Shown here piece by piece: positions 38,999 to 51,075 of a stretch of DNA of 64,000 nt. Position 1 is the stretch's first letter; the number at the start of each line of letters is the position of its first letter. Source of the DNA: Tubulanus polymorphus (lineage: Eukaryota; Animalia; Nemertea). Position numbers and translations under genes: made by a program. A model generated the notes under the pieces. The model searched no databases, was not told the origin of the DNA, and was given only the letters and a program-made list of their open reading frames with translations. The stretch lies in assembly GCF_964204645.1 (NCBI RefSeq), contig NC_134026.1, positions 4,859,950 to 4,923,949 on the forward strand, in the 5' to 3' direction.

Positions 38999-40672
38999 AG
39001 ATGATAAATATCTCATCGTTCATTGATTAAACAAATCATTTATTATTCTCTCTTTCTCGATAAAAACATCTATCACTGCCAGGCATATGTGATCGGTCTT
39101 ATTCTTATGTCGTCGTTGCGAGCCTTCCTCCTCGTCGTCATCATCGTCGTCGCTCATCTCTTTGAGCTCATCGACGATAACACCACCGCAACCGCCACGT
39201 CGAAACGACGCGAACATACACTCTCATAGCATTACTTCAATAAATAGATACAACCCACACCCAAATTTTCGGATAAAAATATCCGACACTATTTTAGAAC
39301 AGTCGCTATTTTAAAACATGTCGCTAGGGTAAGTGATACCCAGACTTTGGCTGTAAAAATTCGATCGTATTTCAAAATACATCATGTAACCGTTGTAAGA
39401 ATTGAATGGTTTACTATTCATCGTGAAAATATACACCCAGATGATATTGGAATTTTCTATGAGATATTTTTTACAGTGCGGTGATTATTTTACCGTTCTA
39501 TGAGGATTTTTTTCGCACATTTGGTGGGGATGTCGGACGTTGATGTTGCTACGCCAATATTTATCGCCATAAAGAATGATGGCAGTGTAAGCCATTGATT
39601 AATCATGTATTTTGTCAGTAACATAAGCCAGTGATTACAGGAGTCGGGCCCTAGGGTAATAATAGATGTCTATTCTATTTATGACATTGGGGTATGTTTT
39701 GTCTTTGTACAAATGTCTTGTTGCGTCGTCCTCTTTAGCATTGCACTTGAGGTGTATCAGTATTTTTCGCCAGCGATGAACCCTCGCGATCCGTACTCAA
39801 TCAGTCATTCCATTATGCAGATGATAGCTCGAGTTCATTAGATGATTGGTGTTATGCCATCAGTTATTATGATAGATTGTCAACTGATAGATGCAAGTGG
39901 CGCCATTGTCACAGTTATATTCCTCAGATATTCTTTGAAAAATCATTCCAACAGTTGTGACCTAATTTGAGTTTACAATTCTTTTAATCCTTAGAACGTT
40001 TCCGATAAAAAGGCATTGGTCAGCAAACATGGAATGAAATGTTCCAACGGCAGTTATTGCTTTGAAGCTGCCGACCCTGAGAAGGTAATGAAGAAGCTAG
40101 GCTAAGATATCAAATGCATAAACATGGTTCTTGCTCGTATATGTAACTGTCCAGTTGAGATGATAGATTCATTCTACTTTCCATAGTAACATATGAATAA
40201 GCTGCCCGCTAAATGATATTTCAGGATGGTTTTTATCGTGGAAATACGTGGATGTAGAAGTGTCCATTTTATGCTGAATGGATACTCGTGGCCACCAATA
40301 TGATCTATCACTTTCCATCTCATTTCACTCATTCCCCTTAGGACTCATTTCTGGTTACAACAAATCATATGTACCAGCTTAGCTCGAAGCTTCTGGTGAA
40401 CATGAGCAGCAAGTGACTTTAGTTAAATGATCATCACATTCAGTTCGTCCTCGTCTATGATATTTTCATGAAATGATTACATTAAGATTAAGATTGCCTT
40501 CAGAAACTCTTGTGTTAGTATAGAATTATACCTTCGTAACTGCATATTGTCTTGCAATGCATTACAAAATCAAGCAGTTCTTCTTACTTTAACTATAGAG
40601 GGTTCACTGTTATTTGTGACTTAATCGAAATTTTCCATCTGTTCGTTACTTGATCCAAATATTCTTAACCAG

Positions 40673-40723
40673 CGCGTTGTTTGCCCGGATCTGCCATGGG
40701 CATCGATTCCCATAAGTATACCG
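40673..40723 (+). CDS. Candidate 51-nt cassette or alternative-start exon between Ig1 and Ig2 (PRCLPGSAMGIDSHKYT)
   Basis: Acceptor attcttaaccAG| and strong donor CCG|GTAAGT. In frame with both neighbouring exons and contains an in-frame GCCATGG. Could be a pseudo-exon. Confidence 0.3.
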
Positions 40724-42796
40724 GTAAGTTATTTTTGCTTCCGATATGTCATTCGATCTGTAAGCACAGGCATGCCTCGGGTTCCGCTGCAGGATTTTCT
40801 TCTTTTTGCTGGTGGTACGAATAAGCACCATCGATTTTTCTCGCGCAGAAAGTAGCAATCCGTCTCTCGTAGGCTGGTCATCGGTCGCAGGACATCGATT
40901 ACCATTTCACCAGAGGATTTACCCGCCGTACTCGTTGTTAATACCACCAGGAAGAGAGGGCAGGAATTCGGGTTGAAAGCAATGGAGACGCTTATTAAGA
41001 CCACTGATAGCATGTGTCGAGTTCACAGGCCGAGTAAAAATATATGCGTAAAGTTCAGCTCGAAAAACTAGCAACCATGAAAAGAAACTTAATCTTTCAT
41101 AGGCTGAGTAGAACGAGCTTAGAAACGACAAGAAAATCGATACGAGCTTAGTATACGAAACGTTTCTAGTTTCTAGCTATGAAATGGATGGCTTTGGAAG
41201 TGGGATAAGCTGATGAACATCTAGTTGAAGTAAACGTTCTGCGAATAGCCGCAGGGTTTCGATGCACCCTGTGAAAAACTATCCGGGGGGGGGGGGGTCG
41301 GTAATTCGTCACCGTAGTCGCACACGCGGGATCATCTTCATCCCTGTGATGCTTTTCGAATGACGCGCACCTTATTTACATCTGCTTATTTCATATCAGC
41401 GACTTTCCGCACGACTGACTTAGATGATTCCGTCGGATAAATGCTGCGAATGAACGTCGCGCATCTTTTATTCGTTGCGTTAATGAATCCGCCGTCGATA
41501 ACGCGCATTAAACACGATTGGTCAACATAAACTTCGTAAAAGCTACTGTCGCGGCGGGGAGATTTTATAAATACCCGATCAACAATTCATAGAGGATAAT
41601 GATATCCTCAGTTTTCCGTTTCGGTTTCATTGAAATCACGGATGATTACGTTCTCTTTTTTCGCCGTTCATTTCCTTTGATTCCACGAATTTGTTCAGTT
41701 TTTCATTACAGATTCGGTTTCTGCCGTACGAGATTATGATGAAACTCGTCGATAAGAGGTTCCCAGCTGCATGGATTCGCGCAGGAATTCTTTCTAAGTC
41801 ATCGGCTAAGAAGTCTTTTTCGCTGTGACGGCTGATTAGTGTAATGACTACAACTAGACACATTGAGATAAAAGCGTTCCCTCTTTCTCTTGAACTAGCT
41901 CGTTATATCTCTTTCCTGGCTAACTTTCTTCCCTGAAAAAAGACGCTGAAAAAGGACCTAATTTTGAATATATCAAAATAATCATAGACGTTTTTTTATT
42001 GGAATTAATCCCTTCTTTCATTATCATTTCTTCGCTCGACGTACATTCAGTTCAGGTTATAATCTTCTCGTCCTAATTCTGTTGAAAAGATTACATCGTA
42101 CGCAAAGAGAATTTGGAACCGAGTTCCTTCGCTAAATGTGCATTCGTTTAGGGTTAGAATCGTCTAGTATTTTGGAGAAAATGGTATTCTCATCCGATAT
42201 GAGGTGAATGTCTCGTCATAAACTATCAACAGTGCTCGTTCTGTTGATTCGATTTCTGGAGGCTGCGTTCGTTCCATCTGTATTACACATGACTGCACAT
42301 AGTCTCAATACAGGAAACATGCTTAACATTGAGTAGAATTGAAAGTTTACGGTATCTCTATCGAATTCCACATCTATTTAATGATTAGTCGATGGCGCGA
42401 TGTCTGCAATGAGGAACACCGGGGCGATGGATGGACACGAGTCGTTGCTACCAGTTCATGTATGGCGATATCACCATCAGCGAGATGATTTGTTAATTTT
42501 AAAGCTATTTTAATGCTTCAACGAGTTCCCTACTCGCGACGATGCTGGTCTTCGTCAATATGGAACGCTCTTTGAGATCGGTGTTGATTGGATAAGTGTG
42601 CTAAAGGGAGAATTGGCAGTCAGTGGTCTAATGGCTGCCAGCTTATTCTTAACCATATGTATCAACTACATTGACGATGTTCCAGCGTTTTCCAACGCGG
42701 ATGTATTTTCCTATGCATTGAATTTGTCTCTTTCATATTTGACCATTAAAAGTTATGACCTTGGAAATGAGTTATCAGCTTATTCGGAGGAGATGA

Positions 42797-42905
<109 letters not shown>

Positions 42906-44406
42906 ATATCTAGGCTTATAAGAATTGCCTTATACGCTTAAAGCTCCTCTTGTATATGACTAGACAGCCTATTCGTTCTACTTAGTAGCCGGGTAGCCAG
43001 ACACGCCTTGACATTTCTCAACACGGCTGTTGTCAGGTTTCTAAAATAACAGGATGTCACTCTGAAACGAGACGTACCAGTCAGCGGTCACTTCCACCGA
43101 TAAGCAAGCGACGGCGTCGATGGTTTTTTACATCTCATTTTTTTTTGCGGGTTCTTATCGCGTCGGAAAATCGTCGCCTAAGCATCTCACAACGTAAGGT
43201 TTCCGTGAATCTGATGAGTGTTAGTCGTATAATTATTCACAGTGCGGTGATTATTGATTTTCTCCGGCAGGGTCAATTAGCAATCATCAAACGACAAAAG
43301 TTTTCATCACTTTTTTCCTCTCAGTCAGCGCGGGCCATCGATGCTTTTAAAGTGTCATTCGCACCTGGTCGGGTTCTATCTGTTGAATATGCCTGAGGAG
43401 TGCTGTTTACGTTGTAAGGATCTGAATAAAGGGATAAAAGGCAGTAAGTTGCCTTTAGATGGTATATGTTCAAAACGATCATTCGATAATCACCCATGGC
43501 TTCGTGGTTTGGCAGTTTGGCATACATCACAAGTAGACCTCAAAAGCTGATGTTGCCAGCTTGACTTTGTCGTCTTCGGTACCTGACTTTCCCGCTGATT
43601 ATGATTTTAAAATCAACTCGATTCACGAAAAAAATATTATTGGAATATGAAGAAGTTCATTTATCGATCTAGTCATAGACATAACTCCTCATAGGCCTCG
43701 GGGTTTAATCGGTAACACCGTTTGTCGCTGAAATTCGAAGCTACGTATTATTTTGCCTATTATCGGCGACGATGTATACGGCGGCGTCGTTCCCGGTAGA
43801 GCTGGTTACCGCCGAATGAACGGTCTATAAAACATGAAGCCTCTAATGGCGATGCAGTGAAACGAAACCAAAAGCCGATGTATGTATGCATTGCAGCTCT
43901 CCGACGCTGTCATGCAAATAGCACAAACATCGCTTCGACTAAATTATTGCCCGACGATAAAGGCCTTCGTTCAGTTGACGAGACTTTAGACATGTCTTCA
44001 TTAAAGAGATTGGACCGCGGCGAATGTACACAGGTTTCTGTTCCTGCCTGAGGTGTTTTTTTCCCGCGCGATCCTCAATCATTTCTTTGCGGCGACGGCG
44101 ACTCGCGAGGCCCGACAGCGTTACACCGCCGCCGTTAATTCAAATGGCAGACAGAAAAAGGCGCGTGCTGATGATTAGCTTGACCGTCCGTGTAGCATGT
44201 TTGTTACGCCTTGTTGTGGTAGATTTGGTTAATAAACTTTCATTCGGTAAAACTTTCATGTCGTGATGATAAGGCACTGCAGAACTCTAGCTTTGATTCG
44301 ATGTAAAAATCTTTGTCGTAGAAAACTCGGGGAATCCTAGCATTTTAAACTTAGAGATTCACCTCTGATTCACTTAGGGAAATTTGTGTAATCAGGGAAA
44401 ACTCAG

Positions 44407-44515
44407 GGGCCGGTTTTATAGACAAGTGTTACCTTTAACCCTGGGGTTAACTCAATTCATTTTCAATTGAATTAGCCCCAGGGATAAAGGTAATACCGGT
44501 CTATAAAACCGGTCC
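44407..44515. mobile_element. Fold-back MITE related to family 2 (CAG TSD)
   Basis: TIR GG(g/a)CCGGTTTTATAGAC with further imperfect symmetry, CAG on both sides, and a central TTCATTTTCAAT shared with the reverse complement of 4662-4769. Confidence 0.8.
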
Positions 44516-47067
44516 CAGGGGATTTCTAAATGGGCGGAAAGTGGCCACCGCGATTCCTACTAAAGCTGCACTTGGCCCCAAAATGATGCGTTGGCCCTTA
44601 TCATCGGATCAGTATCCAATTTGATGAAGTATTGCCTCGACCATTTCATCGACTGTTTATTGTGCATTACAAAATAATACCAGTGAGTTAATGAATTCGG
44701 ACACGCGAGGTTTTTGCGTGGTAGCGCCATCGACAATTCGACGGGGCGTGCGGTGTTATGATTGCCAAATGAAGTGTCGTTGATTACCTATGAATGCGCC
44801 ACAATTTTCTGATATTGCGTAGCTGCAGGGGTTTCGTTTCTCAGTCGTATTTTTAGTCGGAAAATATGAGAATTTTCAGCGGCTTCGTCCTCCCGGCTCG
44901 TGCGTTGTCGTCCTCCCGCTGGTGCATCGTCTGATTTACCCGTCTAGCACGCGAAACACAAGTGTTGTATATGATTTTTCCCGAAAGCGGCCACTTGTTC
45001 CGTAACTTAATACCGAGGACAACATAACCGCCAAAAATGAATATGAGGCTGAAAAAATTGATATCTCGTTTCTCATTTTTGCTGTGCTTAGAAGTTTACC
45101 TGGCCGGCCGCCTTTATCCTGTACATTACTTTACTTTGAATCATGATCGAGCTAACAATAACAGACCCGGTAGTAATAGAAATGAACTGGTTCAAAATTT
45201 TATTGCACTTTACAAAATGACCTTGCCTATTAAGAATGAACATGTTATCATCTGTTAGCCCAATACCAGGAATAGTCATTGGCATCAACTAAAAGCTACA
45301 GAAGAAAATTTTACCAGATATTATGACCAGATATGGCTAAGTCCTCGGTTATTATCTATTTCGTCACTTGATATTTCTAACAGATTTCTGCCTAGCGAAA
45401 GAAAATATCGCGATTATTCAAAAGATGAGCAGTCTTCCGGAAATGCTTGTCAAGCATTGAATAACCAGTGCGGGATTGTTAATTGTTTGTATGTTACCCG
45501 GGCTATGAATTACATGATTACCTGACGAACCAATTGCAGCCATGCTACCTTGTGTTGATGGCTCATCTCCGTAATATTCCAATCGAATGATTGAATGAAA
45601 TTTTTTTCAACGATTTCGCCCTCAAGTATTCCCTAAACGCTGTTCCTCGGGTTAAAACCGGCAGCAATTGATTCACAATTCCCCTGGAAATGATGTCTGA
45701 GAATAAACTCCCACTTCCTGCCGTAAACTTTAGATTGCGACGTTGAATTTGCCGTCTGATGCGAATCTCACCAACGAGCGTTTAACAAGTGACTTTTTTC
45801 CGTTCACATAGAGATTAACCCCCGAGCTAGAAAAATTATCTCATCGAAAACACTTGTTGATGTTGAAATGATAAATTGTGAAAAACAAGTTCGAAAAGGT
45901 TTCATTGAGCTTTAGTTCATTTCACTGCCGATGCTGTAATGAAATTAATTCACTTTGAAAACTGAACTTGTTCTGGAATATTTTAGATTTTTAGCAGTAA
46001 GTTATCTGATCAAATAGCGTGTGGATTTGCTGTATATGCCAGTGGCATTTTAAATACAGTTTTATCGAAATGATTTTCCTACTATTTATGTCTTTATTTA
46101 AATTCAAACATGGTTTATCAGATCATCACGTGCATATTTTGGCAACAATAATGAGATACCCTCCGGAGTTTTACGTTGCTACTGAAATGAAACTTTAAAG
46201 GACCTGAAAATATGTTCGTTTATAACCGAAAGTTCATTGTGCCCATTATGGAATTTGAAAAATAGTGTATTATGCGATGAAATTCTAAGTTTGTAATTGA
46301 TAAATCGTGTTAAACGAGGTCCCGATGTATGCGCTTTTTGAATGTGGATATTACGTAAAGTCGTTAGTTGTGCTTCACCATCTTAGTTTTCTTCATCGAG
46401 CGGTGTAGCGCATAGAAACATGTTTTTGTGTGTCCGAAATGTTTAGCCTTTTCTGATGGTAAACGTTTGATTTTTTCTGGCAGATCCGACGCGAAATCAT
46501 CAATAATAGCATTGTGTTGTAAGACGAGACCGGTCTGTAGTCAATATCGTCTAGTCTTATCGCATTAAACGTGTTATTGATAAGCTTTTGTACATCCATG
46601 AATTATATAAGTGTCCTGACTTGATCAGATTTTCAGAAGGTATTTCGCAGTGATATACTATATCGTCCATTATCCGTCTCGGAGATTCTTACGGTCGACT
46701 TGGCTAAGTAGGTGCGCACGCTAATGTTTTTCCATTTGGGAATGATCTTCGACTGCAGAAAGGGTATTATATATTGATGCCCGTCTTTCGTTCGTCCGCT
46801 TTCAAACATGGAGATGATACGTACGTAGCTATTAGTCACCGGAGGTAAAAAGACATGGTCATAAAGCTAAACTCGAAAAGTGCATTATTCTAGCAGTCTG
46901 GTAGATCGCAAACGGTTTTTGTCATATATATTACGAGATCTTGTAACAACTAGAATCAAGATTGATTTAACCTTTAATGTTCGTCATCCCGCAACTTTCA
47001 CCGACAAGACCGAAAACTTCAGTTATAATACGGATGCGTACAATTCAGTCTTAAGACTGATGGCGAT

Positions 47068-47122
47068 AGTCGCGATCGCGCAGAGATGATTTGACCCGGT
47101 CCAAATTGACACAGATCAGGCT
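47068..47122 (+). mobile_element. MITE family 1, short terminal fragment
   Basis: agtcgcgatcgcgcagagatgatttgaccc resembles the family 5' end. Confidence 0.5.
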
Positions 47123-47682
47123 ATGAGTGGCTAAAGTGGCTGGCAAAGATACTGAATGTTCGCTGGGCGCAGTCATCGTCCCCTTCATATTCTTCTAGTT
47201 GGCAAGAAAAACTAAAGTAAGATGTTATTCTCATCGTCGTCGTCGCTGGTGTACATGGATGTACGCGAGTGACTGATGAGCCTCGCATAATGCAAATAAT
47301 GTTTTTCCTTTTCTTCGCAATTTCAAATCCCAACGCTGTCAAATGAATGATGTTCTATGTTTTCTCTGTCGATGATAGCGCGCAAATCTGTCGTTCTATC
47401 TGCTGTCGCTGCGTCGGTGTGAGCAGCCCCGTGTAACGCTCATTCGGCATTCGAGTCACGCAGGTAGATCAGATAAGCAATAACCGTACTTTCGACAGTG
47501 ACAACGAGGGTTCCATCTCGATGGGTTCCATACGGAATCGATGTTCGGTTGAATAAATCCTGCCGACCGACGAGAAATGAAAACCGTCCGACTAGTGAAG
47601 AGACGACCGGTTCATGGCGTCCATTTCACTCTCGTGGACTCTTGTTTTAGAATATCTAAGGGTGCCAAATATGGCCAACTAT

Positions 47683-47958
47683 AGCCACAATCACACGAAG
47701 ACGATTTGGCCCGGGCCAAAATGGCACCAATCAGCACCAATGGCACCAATTTGGCCCGTGCCTAATTAGAAAGGGCGTTCATACGCAAACCATTCACTCG
47801 ATACTCAACAATGCTCAAACAAAGCGAAGTGGATCCGGTGCCAGTTGCAATTCAAACGCAATCAATTGTCCAATGCTAAAATTAGGCTCGGGCCTGGTCC
47901 GACGGTTTTGGCTGGGCCAAATTTGGCCCGGGCCAAAAATGCAAGTGTGATCGCGGCC
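47683..47958 (+). mobile_element. MITE family 1, near full-length copy
   Basis: Termini agccacaatcacacgaagacgatttggcccggg ... gtgtgatcgcggcc, colinear with 5325-5614. Confidence 0.85.
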
Positions 47959-50893
47959 AATTTTTGATGACGTAAACACTTTTATAGTAATGATGATGTT
48001 ATCCGTTATCTTAGGGGTGAGTCGATGTGCACTACGTCAATAATTACATTCCAAAATAACGATTACAACTTTGAATTTTGGCATTCATTTTGTAGTTAGA
48101 TAAGTTTCGTGACCCTTTCTATTTGATAAATTTTCATGTCTTTTCAATAATGAATTTTCAGTGGTCCTGCCACGTCGTCAATATGGGGGCTAGTCTGGTT
48201 AGACTGGTTGCCAGTCAATACACGAACATTGAAGTTAATTTTCTTTTTCTTTTTGTTATAAACGCAAAACACTTCATCCATGAATATGAATTAATACTGA
48301 TAAATCTGATATGCAGTGGTTATTTCTGAGTCCAGTATAAGGTGGATACAAGTTCAGCTGTTTCAACTCTTCTCTTCACCCATGTCTGTCTGTCTGTATT
48401 TGCATTTGCGTGATTTGTCGGAAATCATGTGAATGATTATTGGATCACTATTCATTCCCTGTGGCTATTTCGGCGTCTACTGATTTTCGCTGGCCAATTT
48501 TTTGCAATCCAATTAGATAATACAGGGCTGGAATAGACTTCTGTGAGTTGCTCCCTGCAGTTACCATACGATTCTGTTTACTCAGCCTGTACTAGCTTAC
48601 ACACTTGGACATGGTCGCTCGGAGGCTGATAATTACAAAAAGTTGTACGACTAGTAGCACGTAAGCCCATTCACGAAGAGTTTTTTTTTTTACGAATCAT
48701 AATCTTGTCGCGAATGAAAAGTCGAAAAGTTCTGAGGCTTGAGGTGGTAAAAAATCAACTTATACATGGCAAAAAGGCTGAGGTTTTTAGATTTCAGTCT
48801 CGGGCAATTCCTCTGTTAATGAAAGGATCTGACCCCAGCATTGCCATTACTGAATCAATGTTGTTGGTAGTTACCTTCTGTTGACTTTGGTGTGGCTTTG
48901 CAATCACCATTTGGACATTAATCACACATAGATTATGTATTGTTTACCTCATTACTCTCTTTGTTAGAGTTATCGTCTCGTATTTCACTCTGACGAGCGC
49001 GGACCAGAATGATTTGCCCTATCTGACCGGAATGAAATTGAAATATTAATATTTCCATCGAGTATGTATTATTTCAGCCACTCTCTCGATAGTTCAGCTA
49101 TGTGTGTTAATATGTAATAAGACTAGTTGATTAGAATATTTCCAAGAATTCTTCCACTAGTTCTCTTAGCCAATCTTTTTCATCTGGGCTGCAATTCCCT
49201 TATACTGTGACTTGGTGCCAGAGAAGAATCTTTGACCAAAAATTTTGGTGGGACCAGCTAAAAATCTATGACTTAAACCACACGATAACTAAATGAACCG
49301 AGCATTGCCTATAAATCCAACCATATTTTATGGCATAAAAAAATTGCTAAAAGCCTCTTAAATACTAATGTTATATCCAGACTGTTGATTCGTTTTCATG
49401 GTGACCGGAAACTGCAAAATTGTGCTGTAATCTGACCTAATGGCGCTGCGGCTTTGCCGGGATTACTGATTCGATCGGCGTTCATCAGATATGATATAAT
49501 TCCGAGCGTTCATTATATACGTACGTGGTTCGGGCGCGGATCCGACGAATTAAGACCGCGTTCGTTTCTCGGCGTCGCGATGAAAAAATAATGGACCGTT
49601 GTCGACGACGTAAGCGAGACGACGAAATCGTATTAGCGCGGACACACCGTAATTGAGTGATGGAATGGTATTGTTCATGAGAACCGCGCGGTTCAATCCG
49701 GCTCGATCTGCACTGTACATATATATACATATACATATAAACAGCCAGCTCTTCGTCTAATACTTCAACATTCTCCTATCTTTGAAAAAAAAAGATCTAT
49801 TCGTTTGGACGAAGACTGTCTATTATTTACTGCAATGGTTCCGTAGTTGATATCTACTACATGTAGGGAAGATGAATATTGAATAACTCGGGTCTATTGT
49901 ATCACTTATCAATATATCCGTGACGAAGTAATAAGATACGCAACCCCATAATTGTAAATTTACTTAGAAGGTTTTATCATAGAATTATTAGAAATATTTC
50001 TGGTGGCTCTGCCTAGTTCTTCAGTCTTAAAATGATATGTCAAAAATAACTTAATAAAGGAATCCACAGTATATGCGTTTTTAGTAGAATCCTAATAGAT
50101 TTAGTAGTACAGCAGAATCTGCTAGATTCAATTTTGGACCGACAAAATTTATCTCAATTTTAAGAAATCCAGACCCAACATCATATTATTATACACACAT
50201 ACAAAATAACACCTCCTAAGGATCAAAATCTGGATAAAACTGATCCCAATTTAGCGGGTTTCTCTGTATGACTGCATTAATTCAGTTCGGAACATTTTGC
50301 ATCAAAAACGTTGCTGCTTTGTCAGTGTGTAATATTCATCGATCGATTTGAAAACATGCTCTCGTTCGACGTCGTCGTCGTCGGTGCCTAATTCATCAAG
50401 CAATCTTCACCTCGCGGCATTAATTTACATGAATTAAGATAACCGTTGAGCGAAAGTCGGAACCCTCGGTGGCGGCGAAAGAGCCGATGTCAGTTCGGCA
50501 TCGCGCTCGCTCGCGCGCGTGTATATCGTCTTTTCAATCGTGTTGCGTCGGAATTATGCATAAATATCGGTGTTGCATGATTCCCCTCGAGTGCTCATGA
50601 GAAAACCTGAAGACATGTCGCAGTTTCCGTCGGGAATCAATAGTTACCACGTGTTCCTAATGAATGAGGCTATTAAACTCGAAAATGACTGCCATCAACT
50701 GTTGAAACGGTGCTAAAGAATTAGACCCACGGTACGCGCTCGCCTTATTACGAACCATATGTACTTTAACCCATTCAATTTTTCTATCACCTCTCAGAAG
50801 AGTTTCTCCGATATAAACTGCAAGCCAATTATGATGGATTCCATAGCGGGTTCACAACTATTTTTCCTCTGCATTCAGAATGTTTGTGACTAA

Positions 50894-51075
50894 AGCTGCT
50901 ATCATATTTGATCATTTGAGAATTTTTGGCCGGAACAACTGTTCACACAGGTGCCAAATGGGCTCGTGCCTCTTTGGCCCTACCAAAACATCGGAGTAAT
51001 AAGCCTGAGCCAAATGTTGGCATAGGTCACTCTCTAATTAGAGAGCCAATTTGGCCCAGTCGTGTGATCGCGGTT
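50894..51075 (-). mobile_element. MITE family 1, internally deleted copy
   Basis: ggaacaactgttcacac, ctctctaattag and the terminal cgtgtgatcgcggtt. Confidence 0.75.

Noticed and set aside
46150-46330. Possible Tc1/mariner-type MITE remnant (ggacctgaaaa..ttcgtttataacc..aacgaggtcccgatgta)
   Set aside because: Only one end is recognisable, with no verifiable TIR pair or TSD.
49990-50026. Minus-strand CTGAAGA...GAAA hammerhead-like motif
   Set aside because: Stem II is not closed next to the core and there is no stem I, so it is likely chance.
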